64,000 nt of DNA from the human T2T-CHM13v2.0 reference genome, Homo sapiens, in contig CP068257.2 of assembly GCA_009914755.4 (NCBI GenBank), positions 22,944,001 to 23,008,000 on the forward strand, written 5' to 3'. Both the position numbers and the translations under genes were made by a program. Positions 1 to 16,436 of the stretch are shown here, piece by piece; position 1 is the stretch's first letter; the number at the start of each line of letters is the position of its first letter. The notes under the pieces were generated by a model. That model was not told the DNA's origin and searched no databases. It was given only the letters and a program-made list of their open reading frames with translations.

Positions 1-2570
<2,570 letters not shown>

Positions 2571-5196
2571 GCAACAAATTCTCTCAGACCAACAAAGATC
2601 CCGTGACTCTGGCCTGCTGTTCCCATATTGGGGCATGTGAACTCATATTTGATGAATAACAGAGTGGGACACGTTTAACATCTCTCACTTATCAAATGAG
2701 AGTGGTATATTCAAGAACATGGAAAGCATAGGTCCAGTGACATTTGAGCTTTTCATGAAAAATTAAAATATTTTTTTTCAGTTTTTTGGAGAGACTGTGC
2801 TCCTCTGTACAGTCTTCAGCAGTATCAAGTTGGAAGCTAAGTGGGGAATGCCTACTTTACTCAATGGGTAGAATTCAAGGCCACTGTCAACGCCTGGTCA
2901 ATAATCCTCTTGATGAATCTTGTGTTGTTTTTAGTGATGGTGTTGGGGCTTCCACTTGGAAAACCACAGATGGGCAGCTGGTGAAGGTGCACTGCTCAAT
3001 TCCTCCCACTGCTTCTGGGATCCATCACCGTTCCAAACATGTCAGCATATCTACCCTCACAGACCAGACGCAAAGCACAGGACTGTTTCTGATGCAGAGT
3101 CTACTACTGCTTACCAGCTTTGTAAATCTAAAAGATGAACTGTTTGTTTCCTGGAAGAATGCAGTTTGAATAGAGTGGAGGATGTATGAAACATTTGTGA
3201 AGGGTAATTTTTTGCCTTCCCTCTATGATGAAACTGGGAACATTAACATTTCAGATTCCAATTGTAAGTATAGTGGGAGGGCAAAAACTTCAGGATACTA
3301 ATAATTTTTACCTGGCATATTGTGTGTGAACAGAGAGAATGAAATAGAAGAGAATATTGGGGAAATGTAATCATATGTCATTCATCATAAAGCCTGCTAA
3401 TAGTAGAATATTAGAATTACAATTAAGTAGCTTTCTTCTTCTCCTCCAGCCCTCTTCTGTCCCTTGCTTTGGGATTCTAAAGCAAGAGTATATTTAGGAT
3501 AGGAACTTCCTCTGACCTCTGTGCTGGATGAGTTGGTGGTTTTATATATACAGATTTACCCTGACCCCTTCCCCCCAAAAAATGATATCAATCATATTAA
3601 TTTTGTTTTCTTAAAATCGTGTTATGACTTTTCATAAGCACAGTTGTTTTATGCTGTTAAATATATAAGATCAGTCCTTAAAACAGATCAAGATGTAACA
3701 TAATATAGTTCTTTCATAACAGATCCTTACTAATTTTCTCAAGTATTCTCTGTTGTCCCTGCCATAAAAATTTTGGCCTAAAAAAAACGAACAGGTGGTG
3801 TGACAGTAAGAAGCCATGTGGATGTTAATATGACATTGCTTTCTGCAGAAAAAGAGAAAATGCTTTCAAAATTTCAGGCTGCCAATCGATTTAGCTGGCA
3901 CCTGCCGACTAAACTGTCACAGTATTTTAAGAGCAGGCATGTTGCCATCATAACAGATGGTTATGTGTATTGATAGCCAAGTGATCATGTATGTACATTG
4001 GTTATGAGTGTTGAAGGCAAGCTGCTCAGTTAAGAAGGTCAAATGGCAGTCAGTCCAGAGCTTCCACAATTAATATTAACAGGGATAGCTGTCAACTTAT
4101 CATATCTTATTAGCTATTGCCTTATTTACCTCTTGAATAATTATAGAGCTACACCAATGAGATCTTTATATTGTAATGAACTGATTACCATCCAATGGCA
4201 TAGCAGATGCCCTGAATCCAGTACAGAAATAATTTCAATAGCAGAAAAATTAAAAGTGCATATATAAAGTGAATGGATATTTTGGTCATATATTTAGGGT
4301 TTTCTTTTTTATAAAAAGGGATTTGATGTGAAACATTTCTCTCCAAACTTTCTTTCAAATTTTAAACAAGGCTGTCTAGCAACCTCTTACATAAATAAGA
4401 ATTGCTTATTCATTTTGCGAAGTCACTGCATGGTTAAGAATCTAATTCAAGGCAGGCAATGCTTGATTCTTCCCAGTTATTTTTTCCATTCACATAAGCT
4501 AACTTCAAACTACACCGACTTATCCTGACCTCTTTCAATCTATCAACCTTAAATATGACACTAGTCTATAATTGTGTATTTATTTTGTTTCAAAAAAATT
4601 TGCTAAGAATCAGGGAAAAAACAAAACAAAACAAAATACCTATTTTTCTCCTGCTCTTTAGTAGCTTGCAACCAAAGAAACTAACGTTTTTAGTGAAGAA
4701 GAAAAAAATGAATGTACAACAATGTGGTGTTGAGCTCATAAAATGAAACCCCAAAGTATGGTGCTTTGGCACACTTAGTGCTTTAAGCTAAAGGAGACTG
4801 GAAGGGCCTCAGATGCAAGAAGTTCTCTCTGCTCTTTTCTCATCCTCCTTTGTTCTTCCCCCATTGCTTCCTTAAGCCGATTATAGAAACTAGAATTCCT
4901 CTTCCCCAAAGCAAGTCATAAAGGCGAGAGAGGACACTTTCTGACCTGCCTTCCCTGAAAATGGGCCATAAGACCCTCATTCTAGTAGTGGCCTGCTCCA
5001 TGCCTGGGGGGAAGAAATGCTACACAAAGAGGCCAAGAATTCCAACAAACGGGCCTTGGTAAGTCTTCCGTAGTCTGTTTCCACTAGCATAGACTTTTTG
5101 TTCAATCACAGTTCTACATGGCTTTCTATTCTTCATCAAACCTACGCATAAACATACAATGTCTGAAGGTTCCCATGTCACATAAAACTTTTATTA

Positions 5197-5500
<304 letters not shown>

Positions 5501-5810
5501 TTAAAAAAGCTTTTAAAAATTAAAAAAATAAATAAATGTGTTATGCTGTTCTCTTGTTAATGTCTTCTGTTATAAAGATGTTGGCTCTGGACTTTAAATG
5601 GGTGAGGAAAAGGTATTACACCTTTTCACCCTTATGTTGTTTTAGTGATAAACTTAATACAAACTCAGAAAACAAGGGGAGTATGTGGACTCTCTAGAAA
5701 AGGTAGAATTTGGAAATGAAAATGTAAGAACTTTTTATCAGATGAAGGGAAAGGGAATATTTTCCAGTGAGGGAAAACAGCATAAAGGTCCAATGAGCTA
5801 AGTGTAATAG

Positions 5811-6104
<294 letters not shown>

Positions 6105-6980
6105 TAATCAGCTTGCTAAAGACTGGCATTTGATAGATTGCCTAATAAATCTTAGAAACAATATCTACATATGCATGGAAGGGGCTATATAAGGATATAC
6201 ATATGAAAGAAGATACTAGTCTGCTTCATCAGATAAAATATGATAATAATATTGGTTAAATAAGTTTGAATACATTATGATAATGGTAATTACATAATAA
6301 TTAACATTTATTTGGAATAATCAGTATGCTAATTGCTTCATATGCATCATTACACTTAATACCTGTAGCAAACCTACAAGATACTTAGTATTCTATTCAC
6401 AGTTTAATAACAGCATGGCACAGCTTAGAGAAGTTAAACTACTGGTACAGAGCCTTACTTAAATGAAAGAATGGACTGTGGATTCAATTTCAAGATTGCT
6501 TAATTTCAATGTTCATGTTCTTAACTACTACATGAGGCTGGAGAAATAAGGACAAAATTCAAAACTAAGTAAAACAGTTTTAAACTAACAATCGTGGAAG
6601 GATAGAAACTAAAGGATTGAAATACCAGAATTTTAATCATAGATCTGCCACTTTCTAACTTTGAATTTTTTCCTAGCATTGATTTTGACTTTTCTAAAAT
6701 AAGGGTTGTTTATTTCAGGGTCTGTTTCTTCCCTGTAAAATTCTACAATTCTTGAAGGACATCTGATGTTGACTTTCTGAGAGTGGTATATTAGGAATTT
6801 ATGTATCAGAGTTTTAGTTTATGTTATAGATTGAATTAGAGGTTACCCACTACGTCACATTACATGATGATTTCTTTAACCACCAGATTTTAAAAACTAG
6901 TTTTTAGAATGTGAAGAGGCTCGCATATATATGTGTGCTGATGTGAGCACAGAAGACAGGAGCTCGAAGTTGCAGAATAA

Positions 6981-7433
<453 letters not shown>

Positions 7434-8070
7434 TAGAATTCCTAATCAAATTATTGTTATTAAAAATAATGTGGCCATTACCGATGCTTATGTAATGTCA
7501 TTGCAATTTTGGCTGCTCTATGTAAAGTCAGCATTATATTAAGAATTGGAGAAACTAACAAGAGATTAGAATGGCGAAAGGCAGGCTAGGAGAAGGCTTT
7601 TCAAAATTTAAGGTGCATAGGGATCATGTGGGAACCTTGCTAAAGTCTATACTCTGATTCAGGAGAACTTGGATGGGCCCTAAGATTCTGTATGTTTAAG
7701 GAGTTCCTAGGTGATCCTCATGTTGCCGCTGTTGAGCCACACTTGAGGCAGCAAACTGCTGGGAGTCTACTACAGCCATCCAACACTGAGATGCGAAGGG
7801 CTTGAACAGGGTGATAGGATTAGAGTGGAGAGTTGTGGGTAAGACTGAAAGGAAGAGGAATGATGATGTTTAAAAAAAAATAAAAAAGTTAACCTATGGT
7901 GTCAGAAATATTTGTTTATAAGAACCCATGCAGTAAAATTATAACTCTAGATTTTAAAGCACATTTATGTATTTGCTGTTATTGAGAATGACATCCACTG
8001 AGTACAACTGAAAGAGTACATAGGAGATGGGTTTTACCCATGGTTTCAATGAATTCGAAATATCCTAAGA

Positions 8071-8461
8071 TGATGTGGCTTGGCTGTGTGTCTCCTCCCA
8101 AATCTCATGTTGAATTATGATCTTCCGTGTTGGAGGAGGAGCCCGGTAGGAGGTGATTGGATCATGGGGTTGGATTTCCCCTTTGCTGTTCTCATTATAG
8201 TGAGTGAGTTATCACAAGATCTGGTTGATTTAAAAGTGTGTAGCACTTCCCCCTTTGCTCTCGTTCGCTCTCCTACCACCATGTGAAGATGTGCTTGCTT
8301 TCCCTTTGACCTTCTGCCATGATTGTATGTTTCCTAAGACCTCCCAGCCATGCTTCTTATTTCTTAAACAGCCTGTGAAACTGAGCCATTTAAACCTCTT
8401 TTCTTTAAAATTACCCAGTCTCAGATAGTTCTTTATAGCAGTGTGAAAACAAATTAATACA
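8071..8461 (+). mobile_element. MaLR solo LTR (MST/THE1-like family)
   Basis: Starts tgatgtggcttggctgtgtgtctcctcccaaatctcatgttgaattatgatcttccgtgttggaggaggagcccggtaggaggtgattggatcatgg and ends ...ttacccagtctcagatagttctttatagcagtgtgaaaacaaattaataca (TG...CA termini typical of MST/THE1 LTRs). Flanks taaga / taagg look like a 5-bp TSD. Confidence 0.7.
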
Positions 8462-9231
8462 TAAGGTATCTTATTAAAAAAAAAATGTGAGTATGCCAAT
8501 GATCTTTAAATTCCTTGAACATGAAACAGGATTTTTTTGTGTGTGTCAACCAGGCCCTATTTTTCTAGGGAACCTCGGCACCGTCAGTTTTTTTAGCTTT
8601 TCACTTGGAATGATGTGTTTGCTCTCTATTTAGACTCACAGGCAATTTTGTTAGTTTCTGCGAGATTCCTGCCCACACTAACTCAACATTTGAATCTGCA
8701 CAGCTAGTCCTGCTATTTCTTCCTAAATACTAGATCTACAATCTTGGTAACATTAACCAGGTGAAGGGGTTATATGTATTCTTAGGGATCGATGAGCTAG
8801 ATTTCTACAATAATTTAACAATTTACAGGAAATAAACCATTGAATCAATGATACTGGGTGTGTCTTGTGCATAAAATAACCACATCAAAATAACAAAATG
8901 GAACATATAACAGTTAATTCATCATCAAAAACTGATATTGTATAATTTGGTGAACAGTCACACATTTGGGAAGACTTAAGAAACTCAGAATGATGGGCAT
9001 GTTTGGACTTTGCATATTAAACACAAATTTTAAATAACTTTTGCCAAAATAAAACTTTCTTTCTCTTCTTCAAGCAGATAATACTAATGTTTCCTAACAT
9101 ATGAAGTTGTTGGTGTTTACTTGACATTAATTGTTGCATTACTTTCTTGTCTATCTCCTTTCCTTCTTCTTAGAGCACTTAGGTTAGGAAATGTGTAATG
9201 TTAAATTCTTTCTTCATCCCTTTGAAATGTA

Positions 9232-10265
9232 AATCTTTTGAAAACCTCTCACCAGTTTTACAACCCAGGACTGTCTTTCTCAAGGACCTGGGAGCTATTC
9301 CTTTGAAAGTCATCATCAGGGAAAATAGTATCCCATCTTCCTGGCTCTGTGGGAGGGTAGGAGCCTATAGTCAGCCTAACTTGGAGCTTAACCACCTCCT
9401 TTCAAGAAGTTAGGAGAAAGTTTACTTTTCTTGTTTTTAATTAATTCATTAATTTTAAATTAAAAAATAAAAATTACATGTATGTATCATGTACAACTTG
9501 AAGTTTTAAATATGTATACACTGTGGAATGACTAAGTTGAGCTACATTATGTTAGCATATATATTAACATATGCATTATCTCACAAACATCATTTTTGTG
9601 GTGAGAAAATGCATCACAATTGCACTTGTAATCTACTTTCATCAATTTTCAAAAATATGATACACTGTAATTATATAATAACTCTATATAAATATTTATA
9701 ACTTTAGTCACCGTGTTGTAGAGTGAAGCTCTTGAAATTATTCTTCTTGTCTAACTGAAATTTTGTATCCTATAACCAATATCTCCTCACCCCAGCACCG
9801 AACCCCCAGTCCCTGGTAACCACATTATATTCTCTACTTTTATGAGGTCAACTTTTTAGATTCTACTTATGAGAGAGATGGTGAGGCATTTGTCTATTTG
9901 TGTCTGACTTTTTTAAATATACTTAGCATAATGTCCTCCAGGTTCATCCATGTTGTCACAAATAATTAGATCTCCTTCTTTTTTAAGGTTGAATAGTATT
10001 ATTCCCTATGTACTTTTCCTTTGGGTAAAACCAATTAGCAAACATAGAGAAAACACATTTGCAAACTCAGGAATAACTTAATGTGCTGGATACATCCCAT
10101 TGATCAACCTCCCATCAAAAGTCCTCCGATACTTTTCCACTAGCTCCGCTGAGCATTTACAAATGCTCCTGCCTTTTGCATTTCAGAACTGAGTATCCAG
10201 GCCTGCTCTGTGCTCTCTTCCCTATTGCTGGCAATGGTCTGGGAATAATATAAATTTGTTTGCTC
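9232..10265 (+). mobile_element. Unnamed LTR-like interspersed repeat, copy A (second copy at 50085-50525); split in two by an L1 3'-end insertion at 9431-10010
   Basis: gaaatgtaaatcttttgaaaacctctcaccagttttacaacccaggactgtctttctcaaggacctgggagctattcctttgaaagtcatcatcagggaaaa ... ccaattagcaaacatagagaaaacacatttgcaaactcaggaataacttaatgtgctggatacatccc; clear homology to 50088-50520 in the same orientation. Confidence 0.45.
9431..10010 (-). mobile_element. L1 3'-end fragment (older L1P/L1M-type), antisense, nested inside repeat copy A
   Basis: cttagcataatgtcctccaggttcatccatgttgtcacaaat (antisense of ...acaacatggatgaacctggaggacattatgctaag), ctttagtcaccgtgttg, ctggtaaccac; poly-T side at the left; flanking tacttttc / tacttttcc looks like a TSD. 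Confidence 0.65.
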
Positions 10266-10545
10266 ATCTTGTTCTATTTTTTTAACATACCAGATAATGT
10301 GACATAAAAGAAATATATTCACATAAGATTTCTCTGATAACAAAATCTAAAGAATATAAGAGATTATTTATATTAATTCTACATCCTGATATTGTGAATA
10401 TTCTACCAATGAGACATATTTTTTCTTGTAAGTGATCTCTATCTGAGATATTTCTGTATTTCTTAGTTATGGATATTGTCTATTTTTGCATTTTACTAAT
10501 ATAGAGAGCTTAAACTAATACACATAAAAAGGTATGAAAGTTTAA

Positions 10546-11077
<532 letters not shown>

Positions 11078-11089
11078 TGAAGGCATCTG

Positions 11090-11340
11090 AGGTTTTGATA
11101 GAGATTAAATTGAATCAGTAATCAAGTAGAGGAATGTTATCAATTTAACTATTTTAAATCTCCATTCCATGAATATGGGATTTTTTTCCATTTATTTAGG
11201 TCACCTTTAGCTTATTTAAAATTTTGTTTTTAGTTTTCAGTGTGTAAGGTTTGCAATTTTGTTAGATATGTCCTAACATACAGCAGATTCCCTTGAATAA
11301 TTTTTTTCTTCATTTTCTTTATGTCTTTAGGACAGTTTTC
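11090..11340 (-). mobile_element. L1 ORF2 fragment, antisense (diverged)
   Basis: ccattccatgaatatgggatttttttccatttatttaggtcacctttagcttatttaaaattttgtttttagttttcagtgtgtaaggtttgc parallels the L1 antisense ccatgaacacggaatatctttccatttatttgtgtcttctttaatttctttcatcaatgttttatagttttcagtgtacag. Confidence 0.5.
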
Positions 11341-12400
11341 ATAGACTTTGAAAGTTTTCAATTTTTAATAATTTTTACCAGTTGTTATATCATTGAAAAG
11401 GGTCTGGGAACAGAATGCCATGACTTTTTGTTTTATTTACCAAAGTTTCATCCTATAATGGCCAATTTCAAAGGTCAGCAAATGCATTAAAGGTAAATTT
11501 CATGCACAGTTTGGTTCTTACACCACTTGTGATTTCTCTACCCTCTGAAATTGCATTATTTTTGTCAACTACATTTCAAACCTGTTTCTTCAGTACAGAA
11601 AGACACTCATATTTTCTGTTTCATGTCTGTGCACTTTTCTGCAAATTGAAAATTCCAGAAAGTTCACTTTAAAGATATGGCTATTTATGTTCAGCCTTTC
11701 TTGATTGTTTTCCATGTAGCTCTCCTTTTCTTCTTCCTGCTCCCCTTCCTTATCTTCTTTAATTTCAATACATTCCCAAAATTACACAATACTTTCAAGG
11801 GTGGTATAAATAACTTATCTTTTTGAACCATTTGAGTGTACCTGTCCAACATCATGTCTGATCACTCCCAGGAACAAACAAGGACATTCTCCTATATAAC
11901 CACAATATCACTGCCTCTTTCCATCACAGTTTTAGATTTCAGGTGACCTTGAGCCTTCAAAGGCCTTTGGGTAAGATATGTATTAAGCTGTTTATCCTTA
12001 GTGGGTAATATTCTCAAACACTTCATATATGACTAAGCAAGGTAATAAAACAATGAAAGTAAACATTTAGGGGCAAGTATCATAGAGAATAGTGAAAAAG
12101 TTAACTCCTTGAAGAGATAATCAGTACAAACAAAGAACATTCAAATGAGAACATTAATTATGTTGGTCTTTCCCTGTCCCATCATTGCACATTGGATGTG
12201 AGTAGGCCAAAAACATTGGTTTTGTATGATCTAGCCTTACTTATCAACCTTTTATGGATACTACTACATACAACCCAGACTCTCTGGATTTTAATTTCAA
12301 GACCAAGCATAATTTCAATTTTGTGTTATCTCTCATGGAACAGGGTTAATGTAGTCTACATGGAGAAAGAAAGAAGAAAAGTTTTCCCTCCATCCCCTCA

Positions 12401-12962
12401 CAGGTGTGATGATTAATATTGAATGTCAACTTGATTGGATTGAAGGACACAAAGTGTTGTTTGTTGGTGTGCCTGTGAGGGTGCTGCCAAAGGAGATTAA
12501 CATTTGAGTCAGTGGACTAGGAGAGGCAGACCCACCTTCAATCTGTGAGGGCACCTTCTAACCAGCTGCCAGGGTGGATAGGATAAAAGCAGGCACAGAA
12601 TGTGGAAGGACTAGACTGGCTGAGTCTTCTGGCCTCCATCTTTTTCCTGTGCTGGATGCTTCCTGACCTCGAACATCAGACTCCAAGTTATTCAGCTTTT
12701 GGACTCTTGGGCTTACACCAGTGGGTTGCCAGGGACTCTCGGACCATTGGCCACAGACTGAAGGCTGCACTGTCAGCTTCCCTACTTTTGAGATTTTGGG
12801 ACTTGGACTGACTTCCTTGCTCCTCAGCTTGCACATGGCCTATTGTGGGACTTCACCTTCTTATCATGTGAGTCAATACTCCTTAATATATTCCCTTTCT
12901 ATCTGTCTATCTCTCCCATTTATCCTATTAGTTCTGTCCCTCTAGGGAACCCTGACTAATAA
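12401..12962 (+). mobile_element. Unclassified interspersed repeat (a recurrent human repeat whose family I cannot name; LTR-like)
   Basis: tgtcaacttgattggattgaaggacacaaagtgttg ... ccaaaggagattaacatttgagtcagtggactaggagaggcagacccaccttcaatctg ... ggactcttgggcttacaccagtgggttgccagggactctcggacc ... gttctgtccctctagggaaccctgactaat. I recognise these phrases as a dispersed repeat, but the family assignment is uncertain. Confidence 0.4.
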
Positions 12963-13349
12963 ATACAACAGGAAAGACGGATTACACGTTAGAAACCAGC
13001 ACCCTGCAAATATATCATGTGTTTTCTCACATTACTCAGGCCTTTTTCACTTAGAAGGCCAAGTGAATAGTTATGAGTTAAAGTGACATGTGTTACTTTG
13101 AGAAGCCTAGAGTAATCAGCACCTATTTCTTAAACAGTTTTTTCCTCACCTTCACAATTAAAAACTGCATGTATTCCAGGTGATGCTACTACAAAATAAT
13201 GGCATATTTATCAGCCTGAGTATAAGAGATTTTGTTTCTACTGCTGTGCAACAAATTTCCACAAACTTCATGGCTTATAGCAACACATGTATTTTGGTTA
13301 TTTACTCTTTTGTTTGTGTATATGTTAATTTGTTTTATTTTTATATCAT

Positions 13350-13900
13350 AGCATCCATGGGGGAAAAGCTTGCATAGGTCTTACCTGAGTCCTCTACTCA
13401 GTATATCACTCTGACTATGTTGAATTTTATCACACACTTTTTCATCCTCTATTGAAATAATCATGTAATTTTGTTCTTTATTCTGCTAAATATGTTATAT
13501 CACATTAATTGATTTTTGCATGTTGAACCATCCTTGCATCACAGGAATGAATCCCAAAGGTAAACAAATGGCCATGGTATATGATCCTTTTAATGTGCTG
13601 CTGGATTTTGTTTTCTAAGGTTTTGTGGAGGATATTCACATCTATATACGTCAGGGTTATTGGCCAATAGTTTTCTTTTCTTGTGGTACCTTGGGCTTTA
13701 GTATCAAGGAAATGCTGACCTCATAAAATAAGTTTGGAAGTATTCCTTCTCCTTTAATTTTTAAGAGTTTGAGAAGGATTGCCACCAATTCTTTAAATAG
13801 TTGGTAGAATTCACCAGTGAATTCCTATGGTCCTGGACTTTTTTTGAGAGCTTTTTGATAACCGATTCGATTTTTATGCTAATTATAGGTATATTCATGT
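13350..13900 (-). mobile_element. L1 ORF2 segment (RT domain, about aa 470-720), antisense; the inverted 5' part of a twin-priming-type L1 insertion
   Basis: tttttcatcctctattgaaataatcatg (antisense of DAEKAF codons), gcatgttgaaccatccttgcatcac, ggtagaattcaccagtgaattcctatggtcctgg (antisense of PGPDGFTGEFY). Confidence 0.75.
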
Positions 13901-13904
13901 GTTT

Positions 13905-15385
13905 TACTTCTTCTGAACTTAATAGCAATCTACAGATTCAATGTAATCCCTATTAGACTACCAATGTACTGATGACATTGTTTTTTCAGAAATATAGAAA
14001 ATATTTCTAGAACTCTTATGGAACCACAACAGATCATAAATAGTCAAATCAATCTTAAGAAAGAAAAGCAAAGATGGAGGTGTCACATTTTCTCATTTCA
14101 AAATATGTTTAAATCTATAATAAAAACAGTATGATACTGGTATAAAGACAGACATACAGACCATTAGAAAAGAATAGAGAGATCCCAGAAAAAAAAAATT
14201 GACACACATACAGTCTACTGATTTTTGACAAGTGTTCCAAGAATATACCATTGGAAAGAATAGTCATTTCAGTAAATGATTTGAAAACTAGATATTCACA
14301 TGCAAAAAAAGAAAATAATTAAAAAAAGAAATTGGACGCTTATCTTATACCATGCATAAAAATCAATTCAAAATGGATAAAATACTTAAATATAAGATCT
14401 GAAACTGTAAAACTCCTAAAATAACACATATGGAAAAAGCTTCTCAACATTGGTCTTAGTAAAGATTTCCACACAGCGGAAATAAAAGAACTCCTACAAA
14501 TCAATAGCAAAAATCAAACAACCTGATTAAAAAAATGAGCAAAGCACTTGAATCTACATTTCTCCAAAAACATACAAATGTCCAACAGGTATATGAAATG
14601 ATGCCGAACGTCACTAATCATCAGGAAATGCAAAGCAAAACCACAGTGAGATTTCACCTCATTTATGTCAAGATTGCTATTTTCAAAAAAAAAAAAAAAA
14701 AAGAAGTGTTAGCGAGAATGTGGAGATATTGGAGCCCTTGCATGCTGTTGGTAGAAATGCAAAATGGTAAAGCTGTTATGGAAAACAATATGGAGGTTCC
14801 TCAAAAAATAAAAAATATAACTACAATATGATACAGCAGTCCCATTTCTGTCTATTTATCTGAAAGAATTGAAATCAGTGTCTCATAGAGATATTAGACT
14901 TTCATGTTCTTTGCAGCACTACTCACAATAACCAAGATGTAGAAACAACTTAAATGTTCATCAAAGATGAATGGATAAAGAAAATGTGGAATATACATGC
15001 AATGTGTTTTTATTCTGCTTTAAAATAGAAGAAAATTCTCACATATGCAACAACATGGATAAACCTTGAGGACATTATATTAAGTGAAATAAATCAATTG
15101 TAAAAAGACGAATACTGCATGATTTCAATTCATGGTTCTATAAATCTGAAATAATCAAATTTATAGAATCAAAGACTGAAATGATGGTTGCCAGGGACTG
15201 GGGGATAGGGAGAAAGGAGAGTTATTAATCAATGGATATAATATTTCAATTAATTAAGACAAGAAATTCTAGAAATCTGTTGTACAACATTCTATCCATA
15301 GTCTACAATATTGTAATATACAATCAGAAATTTAAGAGTGTAGATCTCATGTTCTTACACAAGAAAATAAAATAAAAAGACTTGC
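13905..15385 (+). mobile_element. L1 ORF2 C-terminal region plus 3' UTR (older L1PB/L1MA-type), sense; the 3' part of the same insertion
   Basis: tacagattcaatgtaatccctattagactaccaatg (YRFNAIPIK...), aaagatggaggtgtcacattttctcatttcaaaatat, ggaaatgcaaagcaaaaccacagtgagatttcacctc, agaatgtggagatattggagcccttg, ggttgccagggactggggg; track ORF 14535-14831 is ORF2-derived. Confidence 0.8.
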
Positions 15386-16125
15386 ATTTTGATGGGTTAT
15401 TTTAAAGAGAAATTAGGCAATATTCTCATTTGGGTTGGGTGCTGTCAGAACAAAGGGCACAGTTCTTGAATGTGTGCCATATTTATTTTATTTTTTTAAA
15501 TTGGGATTAAAGTGAAGCTAGAGTTATCATACGTAAAGGAAATTTTGTGAGCCAGGAAAACATTTTTCACAAACAATCAGTTTGTACTAAATAACCAGTA
15601 AAATAAAGTTTGTATTTTTACTACATTGATAAGTATGGTTGGCTGTCTTTTTTTTATTTTTGAAAACTGTTTACTATTATATTTGTGGATTATAATTACA
15701 TTTATTTTATCATATAAAATAATAAGCCAGCCATTTCATTGTATTGCTAAAATAAAAAGAAATAACAAAAATAATGACAAAAACTAAAAACTATGTTTAA
15801 AATTCAAGAAATCAAGTCAAAAATTTGTTGACTCAATCATATAAATTGAATCATTCTTGTCATACTAAACTAAATCAGTCAACTGGCCAGTGGAAAAAGC
15901 ACTCAGGACACACAGCACCTGTTCCAACGATTAAATTTTCTGCAAGTCCAGCTGCTGAACCTGCCTGTCGGAACTTGAATTTTATCTAATAGCGACTGAA
16001 CCAACATATTGGGACTCTGAGGCTAGTTTTACCCACTGCTGTCACTCACGAATCAGAGCTTGCCAGTTCCCCAAAACATTATTGGTGCTGATCAACTTTC
16101 TTTCGAAACAATATATAACATTTCT

Positions 16126-16436
16126 TTCTTTTTCTTTTTTGTTTAATTGTTTGTTTGTTTCTTCCTTTTTTTTTCTTTTTGTTTGTTTTTAAGATGGAGT
16201 CTTGTTCTGTCGCCCAGGCTGGAGTGGAATGGCGCACCTCCGCCTCCTGGGTTCAAGCTATTCTCCTGCCTCAGCCTCACCAGTAGTTGGGATTACAGGC
16301 GTCTGCCACTACACCCGTCTAATTTTTGTTTTTTTTTTAGTGGAAACTGGGTTTCACCATGTTGGTCAGGCTGGTCTCCAACTCTTGACTTCAGGTGATC
16401 CACTCACCTCGGCCTCCCAAAGTGCTGGGATTACAG
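16126..16436 (-). mobile_element. Alu, antisense, with T-rich tail, 5'-truncated
   Basis: ttaagatggagtcttgttctgtcgcccaggctggagtggaatggcgcacctccgcctcctgggttcaagc ... cggcctcccaaagtgctgggattacag. Confidence 0.9.

Noticed and set aside
6280-6560. Possible ancient MIR-like SINE fragment (attaacatttatttgg...gcacagcttagagaagttaaactactggtacagagcc...)
   Set aside because: The similarity to the MIR core is weak and patchy by eye. The divergence is too high to call without a profile search.
7600-7770. Segment resembling a hairpin-forming interspersed repeat (...ctctgattcaggagaacttggatgggccctaagattctgtatgtttaaggagttcctaggtgatcctcatg..., cf. the common ...ctactgaatcagaatctctgggggtggggcccaggaatctgcattttaacaagctcccaggtgattctgatgc... 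repeat)
   Set aside because: I cannot name the family confidently and the match is partial. Left out of the feature list rather than guess; RepeatMasker would resolve it.
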